A stretch of DNA of 64,000 bases from an uncultured delta proteobacterium (GCA_963745835.1 CAVUZH010000013.1:160001-224000), one strand, 5' to 3'. Numbered from the stretch's first letter, positions 49,788 to 60,960 are shown. The notes: generated by a model not told the origin, from the sequence alone. Made by a program: numbers and translations.

Positions 49788-52169
49788 TCATTTCTTTAAC
49801 TTGGCGCGCTCCAGCGCCAAGCCGATTGCACCGGTCGCTTCTGGCGTGGCTCGCCTAAATGGCTGGGGACGCCGCTCCGGAGCCCCGTTTTTTGCATTAG
49901 CGTTCGCTTCGACGTGTACGTCAGCGATACGCGAGACAGTGCTCGGTGCGCTGTCGAGCCGCATGGTTAGGGAAATGCGCTGGCGCTTCAAATCGACTTC
50001 CATCACCTTCACTTTGACGATCTGACCGGGCTTGACGATTTCGTACGGATCTTTGACGAAACTATTTGACAGCGCCGAGATGTGGACGAGGCCGTCCTGG
50101 TGCACACCGATATCGACGAAAGCCCCGAAAGCCGCCACATTGGTGACAACTCCTTCGAGAATCATGTTGGGCTGCAAGTCAGAAATAGACTCGATGCCTT
50201 CCTCGAATGTAGCTGTTTTGAATTCGGGCCGGGGATCGCGGCCGGGCTTTTCCAGCTCCCTGATTATGTCGCGTACTGTCGGCAAACCGAACTTCTCATC
50301 GGTAAACTGCGCCGGCGAAAGCTCCTTCAGCGCCGCCGACTGGCCCATCACCTCGCCGATGCTTTTGCCTATGCGGCTCAGAATGCGCTCGACCACCGGA
50401 TAAGCTTCCGGGTGCACCGCGGAACGATCCAGTGGATTATCGCCGTCGTTGATCCGCAGGAAGCCCGCAGCCTGCTCGAACGTCTTGTCGCCGACCCTTG
50501 GCACCTTGCGAATGACTTTACGATTGCGAAACGGGCCGTTAGCATCGCGGTACTCAACGATGTTGTTGGCCACGACATTATTGAGCCCTGAGACGCGCGA
50601 CAGGAGCGGCACCGAAGCCGTGTTGACATCCACCCCCACCGCATTGACACAATCCTCGACCGTCGCATCGAGAGAGCGTGCCAGCGCGCGCTGGTCGACA
50701 TCGTGCTGATATTGGCCCACGCCGATGGCCTTAGGATCGATCTTCACCAGTTCGGCCAATGGATCTTGCAAGCGCCTGGCGATGGACACTGCGCCACGCA
50801 GGCTCACGTCCAATTGCGGGAACTCGGCAGCGGCAAACGCCGAAGCCGAATAAACCGACGCGCCCGCTTCGCTGACGACGATCTTATTTACTTTACGGTT
50901 CGGCATTTTGGCCGCCAGCAGTTTGATGACGTCGGCGGCGAGCTTGTCGGTCTCACGACTGCCCGTGCCGTTGCCGATGGCAATCAACTCGACCTCATGC
51001 TGCGCCACCATGCGCGCCAAGGTCGAAAGCGATCCCTGCCAATCATTGCGCGGCTGCTGTGGGTAGACAGTGGCCGTTGACAGCAGCTTCCCGGTGGCAT
51101 CGACCACCGCCAGTTTGCAGCCGGTGCGGATCCCAGGATCGATGCCGAGCACAACCTTGGGGCCTGCAGGCGCCGCCAGCAATAGCTCATGCAGATTACG
51201 GCGGAAGATCTTAATCGCCTCGGCTTCCGCGGTTTCGCGCAATTGCATCAGCAATTCGCTGCTAAGATGCGGGTGGGCCTTGACCTTCCAGGTCCAAGTA
51301 CAGACGTCGGCGAGCCACTTATCGGCGCGGCGGCCGAGATCTTCAATGCCGAACTGCGCTGCGATCATCGTGATACAGGGATGCGGCACCGCAGCTTCGA
51401 GTGGTTCACTTAGCGCCAACTCGACCTTGAGCACGTCGAGACTGCGGCCGCGAAATATTGCCAGTGCGCGATGCGACGGGATCGTCCGTATCGCTTCGGA
51501 ATATCCGTAATAGTCGCGAAACTTTTCTTCCTCAGCCGCTTCCTTACCCTCAATCACCGTTGATGTAACAATGCCCTGCTCCCAAAGCCGGGCGCGCAGC
51601 TTGACCAGCAGGTCGGCAGTTTCGGCAAAACGCTCGGCAAGAATATCCCGCGCGCCGTCAAGCGCTGCTTTGACATCGGCAACGCCGCCTTCGGCCGCCG
51701 GTTTATCATTGACGTATTTCGCAGCTTCTCCAGTTGGATCGAGAGTTGGATCGGTGAACAACGCATTGGCGAGCGGCTCCAGGCCCGCCTCGCGCGCAAT
51801 CTGCGCGCGGGTGCGGCGTTTCGGCTTATACGGCAAATAGATGTCCTCTAAAGCTTGCTTGGTGGCGGCAACTTCGATGGCGCTGCGCAATGCGTCACTG
51901 AGTTTGCCCTGCTCTTCAATGGAACTGAGGATAGTCGCCCGCCGTTCTTCCAATTCGCGCAAATACAGCAATCGCTCTTCGAGATCGCGTAGCTGCGTAT
52001 CGTCAAGATTACTAGTAACCTCCTTGCGGTAGCGCGCAATGAACGGCACGGTTGCGCCTTCGTCGAGCAGCGCGACTGTAGCGGAGACCTGATGCGCCGC
52101 GACATTGAGCTCCGTGGCAATGACTTGATTGATTTTTAACTGAGCAGTGTCTGAAACAGTATGGGTCAT
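49788..52169 (-). CDS. tex: Tex family RNA-binding transcriptional accessory protein
   Basis: [44 protein letters not shown]-terminal S1 domain; likely ATG at 52169. Confidence 0.97.
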   Translation of the reverse strand: MTHTVSDTAQLKINQVIATELNVAAHQVSATVALLDEGATVPFIARYRKEVTSNLDDTQLRDLEERLLYLRELEERRATILSSIEEQGKLSDALRSAIEVAATKQALEDIYLPYKPKRRTRAQIAREAGLEPLANALFTDPTLDPTGEAAKYVNDKPAAEGGVADVKAALDGARDILAERFAETADLLVKLRARLWEQGIVTSTVIEGKEAAEEEKFRDYYGYSEAIRTIPSHRALAIFRGRSLDVLKVELALSEPLEAAVPHPCITMIAAQFGIEDLGRRADKWLADVCTWTWKVKAHPHLSSELLMQLRETAEAEAIKIFRRNLHELLLAAPAGPKVVLGIDPGIRTGCKLAVVDATGKLLSTATVYPQQPRNDWQGSLSTLARMVAQHEVELIAIGNGTGSRETDKLAADVIKLLAAKMPNRKVNKIVVSEAGASVYSASAFAAAEFPQLDVSLRGAVSIARRLQDPLAELVKIDPKAIGVGQYQHDVDQRALARSLDATVEDCVNAVGVDVNTASVPLLSRVSGLNNVVANNIVEYRDANGPFRNRKVIRKVPRVGDKTFEQAAGFLRINDGDNPLDRSAVHPEAYPVVERILSRIGKSIGEVMGQSAALKELSPAQFTDEKFGLPTVRDIIRELEKPGRDPRPEFKTATFEEGIESISDLQPNMILEGVVTNVAAFGAFVDIGVHQDGLVHISALSNSFVKDPYEIVKPGQIVKVKVMEVDLKRQRISLTMRLDSAPSTVSRIADVHVEANANAKNGAPERRPQPFRRATPEATGAIGLALERAKLKK

Positions 52170-53008
52170 AGAAAAATCTCTCAATATTGACCAATGCCGC
52201 GTTGATCAAACTTTATGATCGAGCGGCTATTAGCGATTCTAGGTACGATCTTCTGATTAGAGTAAATACATTTAACTCGGAAATGATGATTGAATATTCA
52301 GCCGCTACGAAACTTCACGACGGGACCAAAACCTGCCATGCTGGGGTTTTGACTGCAGACGGCTATTCTCGATTGCGACACTGTTAACCAACGAGAAGTC
52401 TTAGTATACATGAAGATCTATAATTAGACTGCCATTGCAAACTTTATTGTGGAAATCCGCGACCGACGGCGAAATATCGAATTCTATCGGTGACCCTACT
52501 CGGCAACTTCTGAGAAGGCTTTGATGCAAAGCCACGAATGTGTCCCGCGCACAATTTTTTGGGATTGCGACTGTCGCTTTTGAAGTACAGGAGGTTTGCT
52601 CAGATCCCAGAACGTAACTGGCGAGCTGATGGCATCTTCCTTGCGGAACGTATGTGCGACAGAAACTATTGAAGAGGAGCCGGAAAATGCCGAATATTTT
52701 CATTTTTGGCTGAAGCGCCGGCTTCTTCAGGGCTATTGGGTGGAGCCGACCGTGGAGTTCAAGCGGGACGGGCCGGGGGTCTCTTGGGCGGATCGTTTCG
52801 CAAGGCAGCTTTCGCCGGCATCGCCGCTATGCTTGTCAAGCGAATGCTGCGGCGCAAATCGTTTGAGCGCCATCCGAGCTGCAGTCTCTTGAACGTCAGC
52901 CCTCGACGCACCTGGGAGAAGCCCGTTCGCTCTTGTTGAAACAGATTCGCTCCAATCGTAAGCCGGAACAAGCGATGCGCCGAGTGGTTCTTTGGGTGTG
53001 AGACAGCT

Positions 53009-53763
53009 ATGGCCGTAGAGCCGGCAGTTAAGGCCCCAGCTTCTGGAGATCCCGAGCAGGAGAAGCCGACGGCTGCTCCTACAGCACGTCAGACTCAATC
53101 CTTACTCGTGGCGCTGATAGTGCTAACCTTCAACACAGGGCTGATCGATGCGGTTAGCTATATCGGACTCGGACGTGTGTTCGTCGCCAACATGACGGGC
53201 AACGTTGTTCTCTTGGCATTCGCCGCAGCCGAAGTTTCCGGCCTATCGGTCACCGCGCTTTATCGTCCCTTGGCGGCTTTGTTATCGGCGCGACAGTCGG
53301 CGGAAAGCTCGGCACCACCCTGGCGGCCGAGCAGTCGGCTCCCGTTGATCCTTAGCGCAGGAATTATAGAAGCACTCTTGATCTTTGCCGCGGCCGTGAG
53401 CGCGATTCGATTCGATATGCGGTCTTCGGCGCCGACGCATCAACTGTATGCAATGATCGTTTTGACGGCATTATCGATGGGACTGAGGAATGCTACGGTC
53501 CGGCAACTCGGTGTGCAGATATCACGACTACGGTTCTAACCCTGACATTGACCGGCTTGGCCGCGGATCGTCCGTCGCCGGGGGCAGTAACCCGCGGCCG
53601 GCGCGCAGCATCTTCTCAATAATCGCCCTGTTCATCGGCGCGCTGTCCGGTGCTTACCTTCTGCGCTATGGAGTAGCGTTACCGCTCTTCGTCACCGGAG
53701 CTTGCGTGCTCTTCCCACCGCGGCATATGCCGCCATCGCCGCGACAGCGGAAAAGGAAGCTAG
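53009..53763 (+). pseudogene. YoaK/DUF1275 family membrane protein, frameshifted
   Basis: GLIDAVSYIGLGRVFVANMTGNVV, AL.MGLRNA, and TTTVLTLTLTG in another frame. Confidence 0.8.
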
Positions 53764-53916
53764 CAGGCTGCTGAAAAAGACGCATATCCTTCGTTGCGGT
53801 CGATCGTCTCGCTACAACGTACTCCCTAAGTACGCCCCCGCTCGCCGATTACTCGCGCGCCTCGGCGCTAACTCTTTTTGAGCAGCCTGCAATCTGCGTT
53901 TTTCATCACCTGCTAG
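53760..53916 (-). mobile_element. ~155-bp MITE, copy C (inverted)
   Basis: CTAGCAGGCTGCTGAAAAA...TTTTTGAGCAGCCTGC...TTTTCATCACCTGCTAG; CTAG at both ends. Confidence 0.85.
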
Positions 53917-53940
53917 GCTAGTACGCAGTGTGAACGACGG

Positions 53941-55280
53941 TCAGCCGCTTGCCTCGGAATCGCTGATGTTTGCCGAAACGAGGTCAGGACGTCTTTTTTC
54001 GTAGAGCCTCATCAGTGGCGTGACTGAAATTCCATGAACTAAGACCGACACCGCCACGGCCGTTAAGGTCACGCCTACTAAAGTCGTCGCCAGCTGCGGC
54101 GCTAGACCATGATTGATGGCGTAGGCCAAGTAATATATCGATCCGATGCCGCGTATGCCGAACCAGCCGATTAGGTTTCGTTGAGCCATAGAGGTTGATG
54201 AGCCAAGCAGCCCAGACCAGACGGAAACGGGACGAACTACAAGCAGCAGCACTAAAACGAACCACAGGGCATTGAAAGAAAGAAAGCGCGCCGAAAGCAT
54301 CCCCCCGACCAGAACAACGACGGCGACCTCACCGATACGCTCCAACTGTTCGTTGAACCCGAGCACTGCCTGAGCCATGTACGCGGGGGCTCTTTGAGGA
54401 TCGGTCGCGAACTCCTCGGCTTCTCCGCTCACAGACATACTTTTGATTTCCTCGGGGGAACCTTCTGCGTGATAACGCTCAATGCGCCGCAACGCGAGCC
54501 CGGCGGCGAACACGGCAAGAAATCCATACGCGCCGATCAGCAATGCTGAGCCGTAGGAAAGGGCGATCAGGCCCAGCGCTAGAAAATCGTCGGTACCAAT
54601 TGCCTCCTTGTGTTCGCGGCGGAGATAAAGAACAAACCTTCCTACCAGGTTTCCCAGTAGACTGCCGATACCTAGGCCGCCGACAATTGCCCACAGAACG
54701 TCGATTGCCAACCACCGCCATCCGAAATCTCCGAGCTCGTGCAACCCGAGCAGTCCCAACCCTAGCATCACGAAGGGAAAGGCGGTTCCGTCGTTCAATC
54801 CGGCTTCTCCCGTCAGGCTAAACCTCAAACTATCGACGTCCCACGGATGTTCGGTCTGCACGTCGGAAGCAAGAACGGGGTCCGTTGGAGCAAGGATGGC
54901 ACCGAGCAGCACAGCGGCGCCAAGCGGAAGATTGAGCCCTACGACACCGATTAGCGCCACCAATCCAACGGTTACGGTCATGGAAACAAGCGCAAGCCTT
55001 ACAGGCAATCGCCACCCCTTCCCTGAGAGAGGCAACCGGAGCTTCAGGCCCGCGGTAAAAAGCGAGACGATGACCGCGACTTCTATGTAAGCCCTTCCAA
55101 CAGCGAGGAGTGCTCGACAGGATCTAATTGGATCAGCCCTAGAAAAAATGGTCCGAGCAAAATACCGACGGCTAGATACAACAGCGAAGTGGTCAGTGGC
55201 AGGCGCTTGAGCAGCGACATCGAGACCGCCATCACGACCAGAAGCGCGCCGATGATAACGTATACGACTGCAACCTTCAC
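53941..55280 (-). CDS. CPA1 family cation:proton antiporter (NhaP-like), frameshift near 55087
   Basis: LAPTDPVLA, GEAGLNDG, WFGIRGIGS; N-terminus is in ORF 55083..55280. Confidence 0.9.
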
Positions 55281-55721
55281 GAGAGATCACGGTTAGGAAT
55301 GAATGTCCGGTTGTACCGTGCAGAATAACCGCGCGAATTGATCATCCTCTACTTTAGCACGGACACGGCCGGTAAAGGAGGTTGGATCTTAAGTGACCGA
55401 ACCAGTATTTCCCAGCTTAAAACCCTGAAGATATGGTGGCAGTAAATGACTTACTTGATAGAGGCGCTTAGGCAGAAGAAAAGACAATGCGAGTCAAAGA
55501 GCTTGATCACCTAAAAAGATTGAATAAGAGCCAAGCCAGTGGGAACTGCTCGTGCAACCAACTCAAACGGATAGTCAAGAATCGACCAGGGATTTTCCGG
55601 CTCGTTCCTTTTTGCTCGCTTGAGTTAATGTCGGGGAAGTTTTTTGTTCATTGCATTAGAAATTTTCTTTTACAGGCTGCTAGTTTACCGTTGCATTAGC
55701 AAGAGAGACTATGGAACTCTT

Positions 55722-55737
55722 TGGTATGTTCCTTGCT
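55722..55737 (+). promoter_or_regulatory. Putative sigma-54 promoter
   Basis: TGGTATGTTCCTTGCT (GG-N10-GC), 14 nt before ATG 55752. Confidence 0.5.
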
Positions 55738-55751
55738 GATCCGCACCCGCC

Positions 55752-56213
55752 ATGGAAATCACATGGAACCTTAGTCAACACTCGGAGCAAACAAACGCCG
55801 TCCGCGGTGAGGCAGATTATTCCGCCTACTCGCTGCGAGAATTATTTAAATTACGTTACTGGTCTGATGCCGATCGCGAGCGCCATGGAGAAAATCGACT
55901 CGAAGCCGAAATTCGAAAGCGATGCGCGCATATTCAAGAGCGCACCAACCAGAGAAAATCTGCCGTCGATGACTCGGCTCATTGCTACAGACCTTACGGG
56001 CTCATCTTCGGAGTAGTTTTCATTGTGCTTTCTAGCGGGCCGTTCGTCGCCGTTAAATTCCTCGACGCGCTGAGCATCATGACTGACGTTAATGGAGATT
56101 ATGCGCTGTTAACGGGTCTTTGGGCGGTGCTCACGCTTCCATTCGCGTCAATGATCTATTTGATCGGCGGCATGATGGATGCGGAGCGGGTCGTAAAATG
56201 GTTCAATTTGTAG
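55752..56213 (+). CDS. Hypothetical membrane protein
   Basis: 153 aa, soluble N-terminus and two C-terminal TM segments. Confidence 0.65.
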   Translation: MEITWNLSQHSEQTNAVRGEADYSAYSLRELFKLRYWSDADRERHGENRLEAEIRKRCAHIQERTNQRKSAVDDSAHCYRPYGLIFGVVFIVLSSGPFVAVKFLDALSIMTDVNGDYALLTGLWAVLTLPFASMIYLIGGMMDAERVVKWFNL

Positions 56214-56616
56214 CCTCATGACGTCCTGCCTTTTCAATTCTGGTAAAATGATCCGAGGGAGAAATATGCGGGAAACTCTGCTGCTCGAACCAAGTTCAAC
56301 AAATTGCCTCGTTCTCGCTTCATCTAAACTTTCGCCTTCTCACATCCAGAAGCTTTCGTTCCGGCTCATGTAGCCTGATCTCGTCTGAATATTATTTTGC
56401 GCATTTCAGCCGCTGGTGCTGGCATCTGAAGAGATCAGCATGTTTAAAAAAGTAACTGCCTCCGAACCCACCTGCCTGCCGGCCGTGAGTCCGCTTGAAC
56501 AAGCTCATTCCTGATCATTCCTAATCTCGTCGATAGAACCGGCGGAGACCTGGCAATACCTGATAAAACGCCGCCAGGACTTTTCACATTCGTTCTTCTG
56601 TGGTGTTTTAAGAGAT

Positions 56617-57135
56617 ATGGCGCAGCCTAAGCTACCCTTACCGCTGTCTTTTGAAGAAATCATGCAGCGCCATCAGCGCGAAATCATGCGCTACCTGCTG
56701 CGCCTGTCGAGCAATCCCGAAGATGCCGCAGACCTGTTCCAGGAAACCTGGTTGCGCGCCTACCGCGCCTATCCCAGACTCGAGGTCGAGGACAGCGTGC
56801 GTCCGTGGTTGTACACGATTGCGAGCAACCTGTGGCGCAACCGCGTACGTGATTCCGCGCGCCGCGCCCGGGTGCTCATAGCGGATGAGAAGGCAGTACC
56901 CGCAGCGGATTTGATCGCAAAGGATCATCGAGTAGATCATGAAACCGAAGGCTACGCCGCGGTTCATCTGCGCGAGCTAATCGCTGATCTGCCGGCGAAA
57001 CAGCAACAGGCGCTGCATTTGCGCTACTTCGCCGGCCTTAATTATGCGGAAATAGCCAATGCCATTGACTGTTCGGAAGAAAGCGCGCGGGCAAATGTTT
57101 CCCAGGCTATCGGAAAGCTCAAGAAAAGATGGTGA
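56617..57135 (+). CDS. ECF-family RNA polymerase sigma factor
   Basis: Region 2 DAADLFQETWLRA..WLYTIA.N; region 4 LPAKQQQAL.LRYFAGLNYAEIA. Confidence 0.95.
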   Translation: MAQPKLPLPLSFEEIMQRHQREIMRYLLRLSSNPEDAADLFQETWLRAYRAYPRLEVEDSVRPWLYTIASNLWRNRVRDSARRARVLIADEKAVPAADLIAKDHRVDHETEGYAAVHLRELIADLPAKQQQALHLRYFAGLNYAEIANAIDCSEESARANVSQAIGKLKKRW

Positions 57136-57944
57136 AAGTTATGAAAATGGAAACTCTCATTGGATCAGCCACGATCGACAGCCCGGAAGAAGTCATCCAA
57201 GGATTGTTGCTTCGCTCTTCTGCTAAGCTCGACAAGGCGCTAGAACGGGTTCGCAGACCACAAGCGGCGGTCGGTGTTGTGAAATCAAAATTGGGCGATC
57301 TGCTGGTAGCCCTGAGTGCCAGCGGCATTGTGCTTAATCATTACATCGAGCAAAGTAGCGATGTCGCGGCGGCCCTTTCAAAGCTGCGATTGCAGTTCGA
57401 TCCGGTTGAGGATCGGCGGGTTGTCACGGCAGTCGGCGAGGAGGTTGACCGCTATCTCACTGGTGCGGCTAATGCGCTGCGCCATCATGTTGATTTGACT
57501 CTTGTCGGCAATCCGTTCCAAAAGAAGGTCCTGGACAAGCTCGAAGCGGTCCCGCGCGGAGCGCTGATCAGCTATCAAGGATTGGGGGCTGCCATCGGTT
57601 CCGCAAGTAGCGCTCGGGCGGTCGGCAATGCGCTGCACAACAATCCCGTGCCGATTTACGTTCCATGCCATCGGGTGATTGCATCAGACGGACGAATCGG
57701 TGGATACGGTGGCGGCCTTGGGCGTAAACGCCAGTTGCTGCGCAGCGAAGGTTTTGCGCTCGGTGATGGCGCTCTAAAAGTTCCCGACAACGTGGTTTGG
57801 GGACACAGGATAACCCAGATTTTCTGTCGAGCCGGCTGCCGCGCTGTGGCGCGGGTGAGTCGTGGACGAATGCTTTTCTTCGCCGATCAAAAAGCTGCCC
57901 GGCAGGCGGGGTTACGCCCATGCAAGATTTGCCGGCCCGACTAG
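57129..57944 (+). CDS. O6-alkylguanine-DNA alkyltransferase fused to a C-terminal Ada Zn-binding domain
   Basis: ARAVGNAL..NP..VPCHRV..GGY; C-terminal IFCRAGC...GLRPCKIC (four Zn-ligand Cys); overlaps the sigma stop codon. Confidence 0.9.
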   Translation: MVKVMKMETLIGSATIDSPEEVIQGLLLRSSAKLDKALERVRRPQAAVGVVKSKLGDLLVALSASGIVLNHYIEQSSDVAAALSKLRLQFDPVEDRRVVTAVGEEVDRYLTGAANALRHHVDLTLVGNPFQKKVLDKLEAVPRGALISYQGLGAAIGSASSARAVGNALHNNPVPIYVPCHRVIASDGRIGGYGGGLGRKRQLLRSEGFALGDGALKVPDNVVWGHRITQIFCRAGCRAVARVSRGRMLFFADQKAARQAGLRPCKICRPD

Positions 57945-57986
57945 CAGTTTGATGAATAATTTTGCAGGGGCACTAACGAACTTCGG

Positions 57987-58902
57987 ATGAGAGCGCAATC
58001 CATAGAAACGCCGGGTCGTTTGAGCAACAGCGTCAAGATGAACTTGCCTTTCAAAACGCCCTACGATTGGCAGGCGATCATCCAGTACTTTCAGTCACAT
58101 TCCATCCCGGGAGTCGAACGGGTCACGGCCGATTCCTTCGCGCGCGTGTTTCGCGTAAAAAATAAACTCGGCTTCGTCGAAGTTCGACCGCTTCTCGCCA
58201 AATCGCAGCTGAAAGTTTGGATCGCTGTCTGAAGATCCCAAAACAATATCCGAAACGGCGCGCCGGATTCGAAAAATGTTCGACTTGGATTGCGATCCTG
58301 TGCTGATTGCGAAGAGCTTCGAGCGCATTCCGGTGCTGGCGGCCCTATGCCGCCGCTTTCCCGGTCTCAGAGTGGCTCGCGGCTGGGACTGCTTCGAAAC
58401 CGCAATATGTACGATCTTGGGGCAACTCGTTTCTGCCGGGCACAGAGAACGTCTGATCGCTCAACTGGTAAGCAACTATGGCGAGGAGGTAGTCGATCCC
58501 TCGACATCAAAAAGAGCATACTTATTTCCCGGCGCCGGAGTCCTGGCTAGCTCGGATCTAAGCGCGATCGGAACGACCAGCGCTAGGCGAGAGGCCATCC
58601 GAGATTTCAGCCGGCGCGTGCTGAGCCGGGCAATTTCTTTCGCCGAAGATCAGGATCCCGCCGCGTTTCGCGAGGCGCTTCTCGAAACCAGAGGGCTCGG
58701 CCCGTGGTCGGCTGAATATATCAGACTTCGAAACGGTGATACCGACGCGTTTCCCAACACGGATTTAATTCTCAAACGAGTTCTCGATCTTCATTCGGAT
58801 TTGGATTTAGAACGAATCAAGCCTTGGGGATCGTATGCGGCGGTTTACCTGTGGAAGGAATTTGCCCAAACGCTCTCCAGGAAGGGAAAGAAACAAGCAT
58901 GA
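57987..58902 (+). CDS. alkA: DNA-3-methyladenine glycosylase II (AlkA N-domain + HhH-GPD), frameshift near 58228
   Basis: PYDWQ..IPGVERV (AlkA_N), ILGQLVS, LLETRGLGPWSAEY..DAFPNTD, PWGSYA. Confidence 0.85.
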
Positions 58903-59399
58903 TGCTGTCCTATAAAGAATTGGAATCACCGGTGGGCAAACTCAAGCTGGTGGCAAATGCCAATGCTCTCGTCGCAATACTGTGGGAGCGGGAACGACCC
59001 AACCGGATCAAGCTCGCGATGCTCAAATACAATCCGCAACAACCGATCCTGGTAGAGGCTGAACGGCAGCTACAAGAGTATTTCGCCGGCACAAGAAACG
59101 AGTTCCATCTTCCGCTTGAGCCCGCTGGGACCGAATTCCAGAAGAAGGTCTGGCGGGCGTTGCGAGAAATTCCCTTCGGTCAAACCAGGAGCTATCTGGA
59201 TTTAGCCAAGAGCATCGGCTCAGCGAAGGCCGTCCGCGCAGTTGGCGCCGCCAATGGCAAGAATCCGTTGTCGATCATCGTGCCGTGTCATCGCGTCATC
59301 GGCGCGAATGGAGCACTGACCGGCTTTGCCGGCGGGGTTGAAGTCAAGGCGAAGCTCTTGGCTCACGAAGGATGCCGGAGCTTTTCCGCGCGCTTCTAG
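58899..59399 (+). CDS. ogt: Methylated-DNA--protein-cysteine methyltransferase
   Basis: SPVGKL, GTEFQKKVW, RAVGAANGKNP, VPCHRV; ATGA overlap with alkA. Confidence 0.95.
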   Translation: MMLSYKELESPVGKLKLVANANALVAILWERERPNRIKLAMLKYNPQQPILVEAERQLQEYFAGTRNEFHLPLEPAGTEFQKKVWRALREIPFGQTRSYLDLAKSIGSAKAVRAVGAANGKNPLSIIVPCHRVIGANGALTGFAGGVEVKAKLLAHEGCRSFSARF

Positions 59400-59410
59400 G
59401 AAGAACATTC

Positions 59411-60127
59411 ATGAGCGCCCCAGCGGCAACTGGAGAAAGGAAAATCGACTGGGAGCGGGCATGCCCTGTCCTCGACGAACGTGGCTTTGCGGTGCTCCCC
59501 GGCGTGCTCACGCAGAAAAACTGTCAAGAGATCGTTCGCTACTACACCGATGATCATCGGTTCCGCTCGCGAATCGAGATGGCCCGTTATTCTTTCGGCC
59601 AGGGCGAATATAAATATTTCAACTATCCGCTACCGTCTATTGTTCAACAACTCAGGTCTTCCATTTATCCGCATCTCGCCGCGCTTGCCAATCGATGGGG
59701 CGGCCGGCTTGGAAGTAAATTGCCTCTTTATCCTGAAACGCTCGCGGACTTTCTTGACCAGTGTCATCGGGCCGGCCAAAGCCGTCCAACGCCATTGCTG
59801 CTGAAATATGGCGCCGGTGATTTCAACTGCCTGCACCAGGATCTTTACGGTGACAGCGTGTTTCCCTTTCAACTCACCTTTTTCTTGAGTCAACGCGGCT
59901 CCGACTTCACCGGCGGTGAATTCGTGCTTGCCGAACAGCAGCCGCGCCGGCAATCTCGGGTGGAAGTGCTCTCTCCCGAGCAGGGCGACGCGGTAATCTT
60001 TGCAGTTCATCATCGACCTGTTAAAGGGGCGCGCGGCTACTACCGGGCCAACCTTCGTCACGGCGTCAGCACGATTCATTCCGGGCAGCGATACACCCTG
60101 GGGATCATTTTCCATGACGCGAAGTGA
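59411..60127 (+). CDS. 2OG-Fe(II) oxygenase (DUF2086 / Oxygenase-NA type)
   Basis: FGQGEYKYF, RPTPLLL.Y, LHQDLYG (HxD), FTGGEF, LRHGVS, RYTLGIIFHDA. Confidence 0.9.
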   Translation: MSAPAATGERKIDWERACPVLDERGFAVLPGVLTQKNCQEIVRYYTDDHRFRSRIEMARYSFGQGEYKYFNYPLPSIVQQLRSSIYPHLAALANRWGGRLGSKLPLYPETLADFLDQCHRAGQSRPTPLLLKYGAGDFNCLHQDLYGDSVFPFQLTFFLSQRGSDFTGGEFVLAEQQPRRQSRVEVLSPEQGDAVIFAVHHRPVKGARGYYRANLRHGVSTIHSGQRYTLGIIFHDAK

Positions 60128-60303
60128 GAGTGAGCGGCTGCTCGAGTTGATCGATTAATGTGGATCTAAGGCAAGACGCGGGCTCGATACTTTTTTCGCG
60201 ATGCTTGTGAGCTTGCGAACCAGGTTCACCTTCTCCAAGCACTAGATTGTTTCGTGAAAGAGTCGCCGGTCGGGCAATCCCGAAGCCACGCCTCGTTGTG
60301 GCC

Positions 60304-60900
60304 TTAGGTTTTGCTTGGATCGAAGTATTGGTCGCCGCCGCGGGTTCTGATGAATGCTTCGAATTGGCCCAGAAGATCCGTCGGTTCGTTCGCCAGGATC
60401 AGTAATGAGCGATGCTTCGGCTTGAGGAAACCATGCTCCACCGCATGATCGAGAAACTCGATGAGACGATCGTAGTAGCCGCCGGTGTTCAAAAGGCCGC
60501 AAGGCTTGCGGTGAATGCCTAGCTGAGCCCAGCTAAGCACTTCGAAGAACTCCTCCATCGTGCCAATGCCGCCGGGCATCGCGATGAAGCCGTCTGACAA
60601 CTCGGCCATCATGGCTTTGCGTTCGTGCATCGATTGTACAATGCGCAATTCGGAGAGACCGCGGTGCGCGACCTCTTTATTGACCAACGAGTCGGGGATT
60701 ACACCGGTGACATGGCCGCCTAGGTCCAGGACAGCCTCGGCAATGACCTTCATCAGCCCCACATTACCGCCACCGTAAACCAGGCTATAATTGCGCCCAA
60801 CTAACTCACGGCCCAGTTGTCGCGCCGCCTCTGCATATTGCGGATTGCTTCCGTGCCTGGAACCCGTGAATACGCAGATTCTTTTAATCGGGTGGATCAT
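60304..60900 (-). CDS. LOG family protein (TIGR00730, nucleotide monophosphate phosphoribohydrolase)
   Basis: LVYGGGNVGLM, MHERK, PGGIGTMEE. Confidence 0.95.
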   Translation of the reverse strand: MIHPIKRICVFTGSRHGSNPQYAEAARQLGRELVGRNYSLVYGGGNVGLMKVIAEAVLDLGGHVTGVIPDSLVNKEVAHRGLSELRIVQSMHERKAMMAELSDGFIAMPGGIGTMEEFFEVLSWAQLGIHRKPCGLLNTGGYYDRLIEFLDHAVEHGFLKPKHRSLLILANEPTDLLGQFEAFIRTRGGDQYFDPSKT

Positions 60901-60960
60901 GCTCGTATGTACGCGCTTATTTGCCGGACCGCTTCCGCCGATATTCCCGGCAACCGGAGC

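Noticed and set aside
52187-53000. Short ORFs between tex and the YoaK gene
   Set aside because: Overlapping ORFs on both strands, with no clear RBS or family motif, so no call could be made.
58225-58280. Sec-decoded UGA joining the two alkA ORFs
   Set aside because: The two ORFs are in different frames, so this is a frameshift rather than an in-frame UGA.
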